A DNA stretch of 64,000 nt. Source: the human T2T-CHM13v2.0 reference genome, Homo sapiens. Each line of letters starts with the position of its first letter. Positions within the stretch are counted from its first letter, which is position 1. The notes under the pieces are model-generated. The model was given only the letters and a program-made list of their open reading frames with translations. It was not told the origin of the DNA and ran no database searches. The stretch is taken from NCBI RefSeq assembly GCF_009914755.1, contig NC_060943.1. The stretch is one strand, 5' to 3'. This document shows positions 43,065 through 61,205 of the stretch, piece after piece. The position numbers and the translations under genes are program-made.

Positions 43065-44095
43065 TGAGCCACTGCTCCCGGCCTAAAATATTTTAAAAAT
43101 ATTTTTAATGCAAAATTGAGCTGGTGGGAAGGTAAGGGAACTCCTGGAGTCCAGAAATCTCACAGAAATATAAATCCAAAAGTGGTTGGTGTTGGAGTTG
43201 GTACTTGCTGTGAGGAAATCTGCTAATTTTGATGGCAAGAACCTGCATGACTCAAAATGTAAAGGGAAAAGACAGAACCCAAGGCCCAAGCGGGATGAGA
43301 TGCCAGAGTGGAGACCATGTGGATGCCGGGAACCCCAGGAGGCAGTACCCTCCAGTGGGTAGGCTGGGAAAAAATGCCCCTCTCACAGAGGTAGGCAGTT
43401 GGGGTGATTAGCAGTCTCCACCTTGTTAGTGAGCAAATGATTGAAAGAAAGCCTTCTGTTAATAAGCCTGCACTCACACAAATTTGGGACCTAAATTCCT
43501 GCCATCTGACAAGTCTGAAATTTCATCTAAATTAATGTCTGGTTAGGAATGTTCCCAAGTATGTGTTATGATTAAACAGAAGTCAACTAAGAAGATGCTG
43601 AACCATTTCCCAGGTAGTTCCCAAAGATAATATTTTGAGGAACATGAGTTAGCAATTAAAAGGAGCCAGGCATGGTGGCTTACACCTGTAATCCTAGCAC
43701 TTAGGGAGGCAGAGGCGGGAGGATGACTTGAGGCCAGGAGTTCAAGACTGGCCTGGGCAACATAGGGAAACCCTGTCTCTACAAAAAATACAAAAATTAG
43801 CCCAGCATGGTGGCATTCGCTTGTAGTCCCAGCTACTCAGGAAGCTGAGGCTGGAGGATTGCTTGAGCCCAGGAGGTCGAGGCTGCGGTGAGCCATGATT
43901 GAGCCATGATTGTGCCACCGCATTCCAGCCTGGGCGACAGATCGAGAGACCCTGTCTCAATAAAGGAAAAAAAAAAGTCCTGGCGCAGTGGCTCACGCTT
44001 GTAATCCCAGCACTTTGGGAGGCCGAGATGGGCGGATCATGAGGTCAGGAGATCGAGACCATCCTGACTAACATGGTGAAACCCCGTCTCTACTA

Positions 44096-45781
<1,686 letters not shown>

Positions 45782-46004
45782 TGAAGTAGTAACTACAGAA
45801 TAATAAACATTTTAATTGGGCAGGAGGATGGTACAATTCTAAACTGTATGTACCTATTAACAGCTTCAAAATACGTTAAGCAGCAGGGCGGGCGCGGTGG
45901 CTCACGCCTGTAATCCCAGCACTTTGGGAAGCTGAGGCGGGCTGATCACGAGGTCAGGAAATCGAGACCATCCTGGCTAACACGGTGAAACTCCATCTCT
46001 ACTA

Positions 46005-46400
<396 letters not shown>

Positions 46401-46709
46401 CTATAGATCATATTATAATGTGAAATTGTCAAATACACCTAAATTAGAGACAGGTGAAACTGACAAAAAATAATTCAGGATGTAGAAGAGTGTGTAGAAC
46501 ATAAACCACAAGCCTGATCTAATGAACAAATGTATATAATTGTATCTAACAATTGGAGAATACCTTTCTGCACAAATGAAATATTTACAAAATGTAACAA
46601 TGTGTTGTGCCATAAAGCCTCCATACATTTTAAATAATTTGCGTCATTCAAACCACATTCTCTGACCACTATGTACTTAAGTCAGAAATCAGTAACAAAA
46701 GAAACATAA

Positions 46710-46910
<201 letters not shown>

Positions 46911-47915
46911 TAGCTATTTTTTGTATTTTTAGTGGAGGCGGGGTTTCACCATGTTGGCCAGGATGGTCTCGTACTCCTGACCTCAGGTGATCCGCCTGCC
47001 TTGGCCTCCCAAAGTGCTGGGATTACAGGCGTGAGCCACTGGACCCGGCCTTTTTTTTTTTTTTTTGAGACAGTCTTGCTCTGTCACCCAGGCTGGAGTG
47101 CAGTGGTGGGATCTTGGCTCACTGCAACCTCCACCTCCCAGGTTCAAGCAATCCTTCCTGCCTCAGCCTCCTGAGTAGCAGGGATTACAGGAGTGCCCCA
47201 CCACATCCAGCTAATTTTTGTATTTTTAGTAGAGACGGGGCTTCGCCATGTTGGCCAGGCTGGTCTTGGATTCCTGACCTCAAGTGATTCACCCGCCTTG
47301 GCCTCCCAAAGTGCTGGGATTACAGGCGTGAGCCACAGCACCTGGCCTGAAAATGCTATATTCTAAGTCAGTAGAGAAATACTAATACTCAGACAAGTAC
47401 CCTACAAACTCTATTGATTTTATCTCACAGGAAAAAGAAAATTATCAATGAACTACTCTCCCAAAAAGCATTAGCCCTGAATGGTTTTCAGAATAAAAAT
47501 CTGTGAAACTTTAAAAACCAGATAATTCCAATGCCAGCTTTTTCCAGAGCAGGGAAAAAATAAAATACTTCTGTACTCTTCATATGAAATGATATATATG
47601 AAATACAGTTGATCTAAATACTGAAAAGGTTGATAAACTAGAAACTAATTTCACTTATGAATTCTAATACAAAATCTTAAATAAAATTTTATTTTATTCC
47701 ATAAAATAAAATGGAATTCAATATCATACTAAGGAATAATGTATTATGTCTAAGTGAGGGGCATTTCAAATGCAAGGACCATTACTACAAAACCTATGAA
47801 CATGATTTAACATATGAATATACTGCCGGGCGAGGTGGCTCATGCCTGTAATCCCAGCACTTTGGGAGGCCAAGGCGGGCGGATCACCTGAGGTCAGGAG
47901 TTCGAGACCATCCTA

Positions 47916-48134
<219 letters not shown>

Positions 48135-48176
48135 TCATGGGAGAAAAGAGATCCACAAACGCGGATCTGACCTTTA

Positions 48177-48584
<408 letters not shown>

Positions 48585-49134
48585 TTAATAGAGCACCAAA
48601 AAAAAAAAAAAAAAGATAGCATTCAAATTTACACACCATAAAACCTCATTTACAATAGCCATAAACAACAAACAGAAAACCAAACAAACCTTGGAATATT
48701 TTTAACAAAAATATGCAAGACCTATATGAAGGAAACTTTAAAATACATCTGGGGACAAATGAAAAGACTTACCACATTACTGGATAGGATGACATCGTGA
48801 GGATGTCAATTCTCACTCAACAGTATATATATTGAATGCAACCTATATAAAAATACTAACAGCTTTTGTAAAAATTGAAACTAGTCAAGATGATCCTAAA
48901 GTTCCACAATAGAAAAAAAAAATCAAAGAACAGCCTGAAAAACTTTGGAAAAGAAGAGCAATGAGGGTGGACTAGCACTACTAGGACCTAAAACATTCCA
49001 AATGAATAAAAATTGTAATGTTAACATTTAAAACTTAAAACTATTCATGAGTGTGGGGGGAAGGTAGGGTGCAACCTGAGGCAAAAAAAAAAAAAAAAAA
49101 AAAAAACCAAACAAAAAACCAGATTCCTTCATGA

Positions 49135-49389
<255 letters not shown>

Positions 49390-50452
49390 TGACCTTGCGA
49401 TCCGCCCACCTCGGGCTCCCAAAGTGCTGGCATTACAGGAGTGAGCCACACCCGGCCCCATGACTCAAAGTCTAGAAACCGCAAAAGAAATAAACTGAAT
49501 ATACACAGCTACATTAAAAATTTTTTTCTCTTTTTTTTTTTTTGAGACGGAGTCTGGCTGTGTCGCCCAGGCTGGAGTGCAGTGGCTCAATCTAGGCTTA
49601 CTGCAAGCTCCGCCTCCCGGGTTCACGCCATTCTCCTGCCTCAGCCTCCTGCATAGCTGGGTCTACAGGCGCCCGCCACCACGCCCGGCTAATTTTTGTA
49701 TTTTCAGTAGAGACGGAGTTTCGCCGTGTTAGGCAGGATGGTCTCGATCTCCTGACCTTGTGATCCGCCCGCCTCGGCCTCCCAAAGTGCTGGGATTACA
49801 GGAGTGAGCCACCACGCCCACCCAACATTTTTCTGCATGGCAAAAGGATCACAGCAGTCTGAACTGCTGTGAACTATATTCCATGTCATCACAAAGGGCT
49901 AACTTCTTTAGTGACTGACACATAACTTACAAGCCAATAAAAAATAAGAATATGGACAGATAGTTCGCTGAGAAATGAAAACAAATGGCTCTTAAGCATT
50001 TGAAAACATGCGTCCTCACTCGTAATTAGAGAAATTCAAATTAAAACCATAGTGAGAAACCATCTTTTACTGTCAGATGCTTCCAAAGCTGTCAGATTAG
50101 CCAGGCCGTGGCGAGAGGCACAACTATCCCTGGCTGAATGGAAGGTAAACTGGTTGAGCCCCAAGGACAGCACTCTGGTGACACATTAAAAATACCAAGG
50201 TGGGGCCGGGTGCGGTGGCTCACGCCTGTAATCTCAGCACTTTGGGAGGCTGAGGCAGGTGGATCACGAGGTCAGGAGTTCGAGACTAGCCTGGCCAACA
50301 TGGTGAAACCCTTTCTCTAAAAAAATACAAAAATTAGCTGGGCACAGTGGTGCACCTGTAGTCCCAGCTACTCGGAGGCTGAGGCAGAATAGCTTGAACC
50401 CGGGAAGTGGAGGTTGCAGTCAGCTGAGATGGTGCCACTGCACTCCAGTTCA

Positions 50453-50908
<456 letters not shown>

Positions 50909-51285
50909 CTAAGATAAGGCTTTACATTGTAGTTGTAAAAAAAAAAACGCCCAGTGGAGTAGCTCACGCCCAGCACTTAGTACTTTGGGAAGCCGAGGCA
51001 GGAGGAACAGTTGAAGCCAAGAGTTGGAGACAAGCCTAGAAAACATAATGAGGCCCCATCTCTGTTTCTATATATAAAAAAAGAAAAAAAAAACCCTGAT
51101 ATATAAATCTCTCCATATATAACTGAAAAAACCCAAGATGCTGATAGAGGTATACAATATGTTACCTTGATTTTATATTTTTAAAAATTTATACCTCGTG
51201 ATGCAAGTTAACTACCTTGATATTAAAAGGGAAAATGCACAATATTTAGATTGATGTTTATTTGCATATGCATTAGAAAACCTGA

Positions 51286-51612
<327 letters not shown>

Positions 51613-51811
51613 TAGAGATGGGGTTTCACCATGTTGGCCAGGGTGGTCTTGAATTCCTGACCTCAGGTGATCCACCCGCCGTGGCCTCCCAAAGTGCTGG
51701 GATTACAGGCGTAAGCCAGTGCGCCCGGCCGATACTTTTTTTTGTTGAGTCTTGTGAATAGAATACATATTCTAGAATAAAATAAAAAGCTTAAAATTAA
51801 CAAAAAACAAG

Positions 51812-51817
51812 TTTATT
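51812..51817 (-). terminator. EID2B: Probable EID2B poly(A) signal (TTTATT on +)
   Basis: AATAAA on the minus strand near the end of the 3' UTR block shared with EID2. Confidence 0.55.
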
Positions 51818-52230
51818 CCACACCTACCCAATTTCACATAGACTTGAAAACACTGATCATATAATACGTGGTTTTTTCTATTGAATATTTACTGTTCATC
51901 TAAAGTACCTCAGAAAACACAAATATGAATCTTACACTAGGATTTGTTGACATGACCACAAATTGTGAAATTTCAAAGTCCTCTCAATAGCCTTCCAATC
52001 CTAGTAACTCAGGTACACCTGGATTCCTGACAACTCTATTTCTTTGTTTTCTTTCATCACTTAGGTTCATTTCTATGGGTTCTGTTATTGGCATTTTTTT
52101 TTTCTCATATCTTTGCAAAACCATCCTTTATGGTGAAAGTCATGAAGGATTCTTCACAAATGCAGGAAAATGCATTGCTAACAAAGTGCTAAGTCAGAAG
52201 TGTCTTGGGACCTGTTTGAAAACAAGATTC

Positions 52231-52376
52231 GGCCGGGCGCGGTGGCTCACGCCTGTAAAGTAATCCCAGCACTTTGGGAGGCCGAAGCGGGAGGATCGCT
52301 CGGGTCCAAGCGTTCGGGACCAGCCTAGGGATGCGAGACTCCCTTCTCTATTTAAATAATACTAAAAAAGAAGAAA
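52231..52376 (+). mobile_element. Alu left-monomer (FLAM-like) in the EID2B 3' UTR
   Basis: Monomer plus A-tail. TSD gaaaacaagattc at 52218-52230 and 52377-52389. Confidence 0.8.
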
Positions 52377-52574
52377 GAAAACAAGATTCAACAGTCTTGT
52401 CTGTTTCCATTTCGGAGTGTGCTTCCTCCTTCAATTGCACATTGCCGTATTCCCTTCCAGTTTGCATTCCCCCTAATGACTGAGTTAACTAAACTGGCAC
52501 AGCCTGCCTGTTCTTTTGATCCCAAAAGGGTCACTTGGCTATTCCTTGCCACCAATGTCATCATCACAGCCGAC

Positions 52575-53060
52575 TCAGTCGGCCAGAGGACTGAGGGCCT
52601 CGGAGGCAGTCAGCGCTACCGTAAACGCGACAGCAGCGAAGTCCATCTGCGGGGGATCCGCGTCAAAGGCTGCTTCCCTCGCCTTGCAGCCTTCCACAAA
52701 CAGCCTGCGGCGTTCCTCGAAATCCCGTAGTAATCTGACCGGAATCATGGAGCTACCATCCAGATACTCGCGGAACAACAGCTGCCGGTTAATTTCTAAG
52801 AAAGCGAGCTGCTGATGGGGGTCTGGCGCGGAGGCCAGGCCCGGGACGCTGCTGGGGATGGGCCCGGGCACAGGGCCCGGCATCCGCGCCATGGACCGCG
52901 CAGCTTCGGCCACTGGGCCTTCCCGAGCCTCCTGCACCCGAACCCCGCCGCCGACTGCCCCCCGCAGTACGTCGCTGACGCCACTCGCGGTGCCCACCTG
53001 TGGGACACTGCTATCTCCGGGGAGCTCGGACATCTCCAACAGCCCAGTCGGCTCCGCCAT
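52575..53060 (-). CDS. EID2B: EP300-interacting inhibitor of differentiation 2B, intronless, 161 aa
   Basis: ATG at 53058-53060 (MAEPTGLLEMSELPGDSSVPQ...). EID motif [21 protein letters not shown]...FTVALTASE. Clear paralog of the ORF at 59627-60337. Confidence 0.93.
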   Translation of the reverse strand: MAEPTGLLEMSELPGDSSVPQVGTASGVSDVLRGAVGGGVRVQEAREGPVAEAARSMARMPGPVPGPIPSSVPGLASAPDPHQQLAFLEINRQLLFREYLDGSSMIPVRLLRDFEERRRLFVEGCKAREAAFDADPPQMDFAAVAFTVALTASEALSPLAD

Positions 53061-53099
53061 AGTCCCAGCGTTTCTACGGAGACTGGAATAACGGCACTG

Positions 53100-53290
53100 C
53101 ACTGCTGTATGCGAGACCTGCGCATGCGCGAGTCTCAGTGAGCGCGTAAACGCTGTGCGTGCCAGAGTGTGCGCATGCGTAAGCACGGTGGCCAATCCTC
53201 TAGCGTTCCCTAGCGGTCCTGAGTAGCCATTACGTCTGTAGCCGCCTCTGGTCCTCTGAGCGCCTGAGGACCTGCGGACTGCGCGGTATC
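53100..53290 (-). promoter_or_regulatory. EID2B: EID2B CpG promoter with NRF1-type sites
   Basis: GCGCATGCGC 53120-53129, TGCGCATGCGT 53170-53180, CCAAT 53192-53196. Confidence 0.7.
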
Positions 53291-53438
53291 TTAAATTACA
53301 ACCACTTCAGTATTAATGTAAAGTTCCTTATACGGTCATTTTCCAGCTCCTGTCTTTTTTTTTTTTTTTTCAGACTGGGTCTCGCCCTGTCGCCTAGGCT
53401 GGAGTGCAGTGGTGCGATCTCGGTTACTGCTGCTTTGA

Positions 53439-54258
<820 letters not shown>

Positions 54259-54715
54259 CTACAGAAAAAAAAAATTAGGCAGGCATGGTGGCATGTGCAC
54301 CTGTAGTCTCAGCTATTCAGGAGGCTGAGGTGGGAGGATGACTTGAGCTTGGTAGGTGGACTGTGCAGTGAGCTATGATTGCACCACTGCACTCCAGCCC
54401 TGTATGACAGAGCAAGACCCTGTCTCGAAAAAAAATCCTTTGAATTTAGCTGGAATCCAAATATGAGAGTTGCTGGCAATTGAACTTCAGGAGGATCCAT
54501 CTAAAAATTCTGACCTATCACAGGTCGTGTCTGGGAGCTGATTGGGTTGGAAATCATTCTGACTCACGTGTACCTTACTTTGTTTCTACAGTTCTCTTGG
54601 AGAGATGGAGTTCTCCTACATGTGACATATATGCTTCAAAAAGCACATTTGTGATATTCCACAGAAGACAAAAGAAAGGACTTCTCTGGAAGGTAACTTC
54701 AAGGGGACAACAACA

Positions 54716-56598
<1,883 letters not shown>

Positions 56599-57171
56599 TT
56601 TGATCCTTATATTGTACCTGAGAATAAATTTCAAATGGCTCAAAGATTCAAATGTGGACAATGAAACCACACACACACACACCCAAGACTACCTTAGGAT
56701 TCAAAATACTGCAGGTTTATTTATTTTTTATTTTTTGAGACAGGATCTCACTTTGTCACCCATGCTGGAGCTTGCTGGGCTCAAACGATCCTTCTACCTC
56801 AGCCCCCAGAGTAGATGGGATTAGAGGCTTGTGCCACTACACCAGGCTAATTTTTCATATTTTTCATAGAGACAGGGTTTCGCCATGTTGCCCAGGCTGG
56901 TCTTGAACTCCTGAGCTCAAGTGGTCTGCCTGCCTCAGCCTCCCAAAGTGTGGGATTACTGATGTGAGCCACTGTGCCCGGCCTCCTGCAAATTTAAAGG
57001 AAAATAGGCAACAAAAATTACCATGGCCAAAGGCTTTCCAAAAAGCCAAAATCTAATGACAACTTGTGAAAAAATATTCGTAACTCATATCCCAAGCTAT
57101 TATCATACCTCATATCACTAACATGAGTATCATAAATAGCTACTGGATTCAATGAAGAAAGGACAAAATTA

Positions 57172-57312
<141 letters not shown>

Positions 57313-57315
57313 TTA

Positions 57316-57674
<359 letters not shown>

Positions 57675-57677
57675 TTA

Positions 57678-57866
<189 letters not shown>

Positions 57867-58311
57867 TTAAAACTGATATACCATTTTTCAACTATCAGAT
57901 TCGCAAAAGCCAGATATTATTGATGATTTAGTGTGTTGGCTGGGCTGTAACGAAACATCTATGATCATTAATTGCTGGTGGGAGTGCAAAGCAGGACACA
58001 TATAGAATGCTGCATAGCAATATTCATAAAATCTCAAAGGAGTAACTTTGGCCCAGAATTCTCATTTCTGGGGCATCAGCCTACAGATATTACATGTAAA
58101 AAGGAATCTAGGTAGCTATTGATCATGAGACACATCATTAGGGCTGGGCGCGGTGGCTCACACCTGTAATCCCAGCACTTTGGGAGGCCAAGGTGGGCAG
58201 ATCACAAGGTCAAGAGATCAAGACCATCCTGGCCAACATGGTGAAACCCCGTCTCTACTAAAAATACAAAAATTGACCAGGTGTTGTGGTGGGCGCCTGC
58301 AGTCCCAGCTA

Positions 58312-58467
<156 letters not shown>

Positions 58468-59626
58468 CTATTACAGCATCAAATATAAGATGCACCCACA
58501 TTTCAGAGATGTTCAAATATGAAGTGAATTTTGAATTGAAGCAATACTATATTTGTGCACATGCCACATGATATACAAGATGAACTACTCTAGCAATTGT
58601 ACAAGATGAACTACTCTAGCAATTTTTTATTCTGCCCAAAGAAAGAGATGGGAAACAACCTAAATGTCCGTCAATATATCCCTGGTTAAGTAAATTTGGA
58701 CATAACCTCAGAATGGAATAAAATGCCACTTTAAAAAATAATGAGGAAATACAGTGGTTTGGAAGGGTCAACATATGTTCTTAATGAGAAAGCAATGTAT
58801 AAACCAGTAAATATAATATGCCGACTTCTGTGAAGAAATAAAACAAGTAAACCCAGATTTATATGTGCCTGTGTACACGTAAGGAAACTAGAAGGACGGA
58901 AAGGAAACTGTGGCTATTAGAGGTCATCGTTGGTACTGGATGGAGGAAAACAAGAATGGAAGGCTTTTCGCTGTATATTTTATATATTTTTTGGCTTGTG
59001 AATAGATTTTTTAATACCAAAAAAACTTTAAAAATTAAAAATTGAAAGAAAAAAGTCCAGAAATTTGACGTTCTTGAAAACATGATTTATCACATAATAT
59101 ATACATTTACTTTGCTTGTCACTTGAAATGCCTAAGAAAACACAAAATCAATCTTAAACTAGAAACTTCTATTGAATATGACATGAAGAGAGCACATATT
59201 CCGACAATTTCAAGTTCTTTTCATAGCCTTCCAGTCCTAATAACTCAGCGTTAACATCTTATTCTGTTCAGCACTATTTGATAATTTCTTTCATCCTCAT
59301 GGGCTCTAGTATTGATGTTTCATCAGTCTCAATTTTATAAAACCATCCTTTACTTTGTAATAAAGCAATGCTGAGAGACATTTTCCATAATGCAGGGGGA
59401 AAAATGTGGATCAATCACAAACTCAAAGAACGTTACAGTTATAATGCTTTCGACATTTTTTTCTACTTCTGTGATGCTTTTTCAAGATAAGCTTCCCCCT
59501 CCCCCTTTTTTTCCCCTCCACCTGTGCACTGTCTTATCGCGATATACTCTTGACTTCTGAAAATCAAGTTGCAGGATTGGTATGACTGGAATGCAGAGGT
59601 TCTCTTGAAGTAGTGTCACCACATAA

Positions 59627-60337
59627 CTATTCTCTATTGATAAACTTATCGCAACCAAGTTCTTCTATCAGAGGGTTGATAACTTCAGAGGCAGTCAGAG
59701 CTATCGTAAAGGTTAAAATATCGAGGTCCACCCTGTGAGGATTTCGCTGATATTCGGCATCAAACGCTGCTTCCCTTGCTCTGCAGGCTTCCACGAATCG
59801 CCTGCGGCGTTCTTCAAGCTCTTGTATTCTGCCGGGAGCAATCGGGTAATTTTCCAGATAGTGGCGGAGAAACTGCTGGTAATTGATGCCTAAAACGCTA
59901 AGTGGGTGGCGGAGACGGAGATAGGGCAACGCAGCCAGGCCTCCGTTCCCGTGTCTGGACCTGGGCCTGCCCTCGGGACCCTCTTCGTCCACTGGCTCCC
60001 CCAGCAAGCGGGCGACCTCCGCCATCCGGGCTTCCCTGGCCGCCGCCGCCGCCGGGCTTTCCCTGCCCGCCGCGGCTGCCCTGGCCAACGCCGCCGCTGC
60101 CACCGGGGCTCCCCTGGCTGCCGCCGCCGGGGCTGCCCTGGCCGCCGCCATCCGACCTTCCCTGGCCGCCGGCACCGGGCCTCCCCTGGCCGCCGCCATC
60201 GCGCCTTCCCCGGCCTCCTCAGGCTGTGCCGGGGCCGGCTCCCGCCTCCCGCGGCCTACCTCCGCCTGCGGGACGTCTCTGTCACCATTCGCCGCGCCTG
60301 TCTGCGGGACACTGCTGTCTGCGGGCAGCTTGGACAT
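59627..60337 (-). CDS. EID2: EP300-interacting inhibitor of differentiation 2, intronless, 236 aa
   Basis: ATG at 60335-60337 ([12 protein letters not shown]...), Ala/Arg-rich repeat, [21 protein letters not shown], end [14 protein letters not shown]. Confidence 0.95.
60023..60203 (-). repeat. EID2: Degenerate 24-bp (8-codon) coding repeat in EID2
   Basis: ccctggc recurs at 60112, 60136, 60160 and 60184 (AAARGGPV / PAAREGRM / AAARAAPA / AAARGAPV). Confidence 0.8.
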
Positions 60338-60399
60338 CTCAGACCGTGGGGTCAACTCGGCTGCTCCCAGAGAAACTGGAATAACTGGACAGAGCGATG

Positions 60400-60620
60400 C
60401 CCGGCGGACACCCCAGTGCGCGTGCGTGGGCGCTATGCGCGCTGTAAATGCAGTGTGCGTAACCGGGCGCGAGAGCATAGATTCTTACCGCAAACCCTGG
60501 GAGCAGTGCGCATGCGTACTTTCCCGGCGCCCGCCGTTCTCCAGATGCCCCCTCGAGGCCGGGAAGCGCCAACGCATCTGAAACATCCCAACGACGAAGG
60601 GCGGGGGACATTTCAACCAG
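60400..60620 (-). promoter_or_regulatory. EID2: EID2 CpG promoter with NRF1-type and E2F-like sites
   Basis: TGCGCGTGCGT 60417-60427, TGCGCATGCGT 60507-60517, TTTCCCGGCGC 60520-60530. Confidence 0.65.
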
Positions 60621-60904
60621 TTTGATGTTTATGAGGAACGCTTACAAGATCGCTTCTTGTAGGCGTTCTCAAGGTTCTGTCCTAGGGTGTTTCTCTTTGT
60701 TCTCCAGTGATTATGTGCCACCTCTATTATATATCAAGATATTTTAGATTCATGGTCTTTTCTGGATTTTTAAATTGTTTTTCATTCATTCCTTTGCCTG
60801 TCTTCATCCATACGGATCGTCCTAGCTACCAAAGCTTTGTAATTACAGTCTTTTCGTGTTATCTTTAACATTGCATTGACTACCTTGGACATTTGTTTTT
60901 CGAA

Positions 60905-61205
60905 TCTTATTTGTGCAATATAACATGCAGAAAAGTAAACAAAACATAAATATACAGCTGAATGATTTATCACAAAGTGAACATCCGTTTAACTACCACA
61001 CAGTCCAAGAAGTGGAATATTTCCAGCATCCCAGAACCCTTCCTCTTCTTCTTATCACTATCCTTTCCTTTCTACGCAGAAGTAACAACTATGCTGATAC
61101 TTATGGTAATCACTTTCTTGTTTTTCTTTTCATTTTACCACCTAAGGGTGCATTCCTAATGCTGTAGTTTAGTTTGGTTTGTATTCTGAACTTTATCTAT
61201 GTGAG
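60905..61205 (-). mobile_element. Old L1 3'-end fragment (L1M-type)
   Basis: atatacagctgaatgatttatcacaaagtgaacatcc...accac...aagaagtggaatatttccagcatcccagaa. Confidence 0.6.

Noticed and set aside
52100-52143. Loose SECIS-like AUGA-N10-AAA...GA on the minus strand of the EID2B 3' UTR, and another AUGA-N12-AAA near 52070
   Set aside because: Helix 2 is irregular and the GA core is misplaced compared with the SELENOV SECIS; not accepted without SECISearch.
59902-60625. Plus-strand ORFs with PGRRRR or GLPWPPPP repeats opposite EID2
   Set aside because: By-product of the 24-bp GC-rich coding repeat; GTG starts; no independent support.
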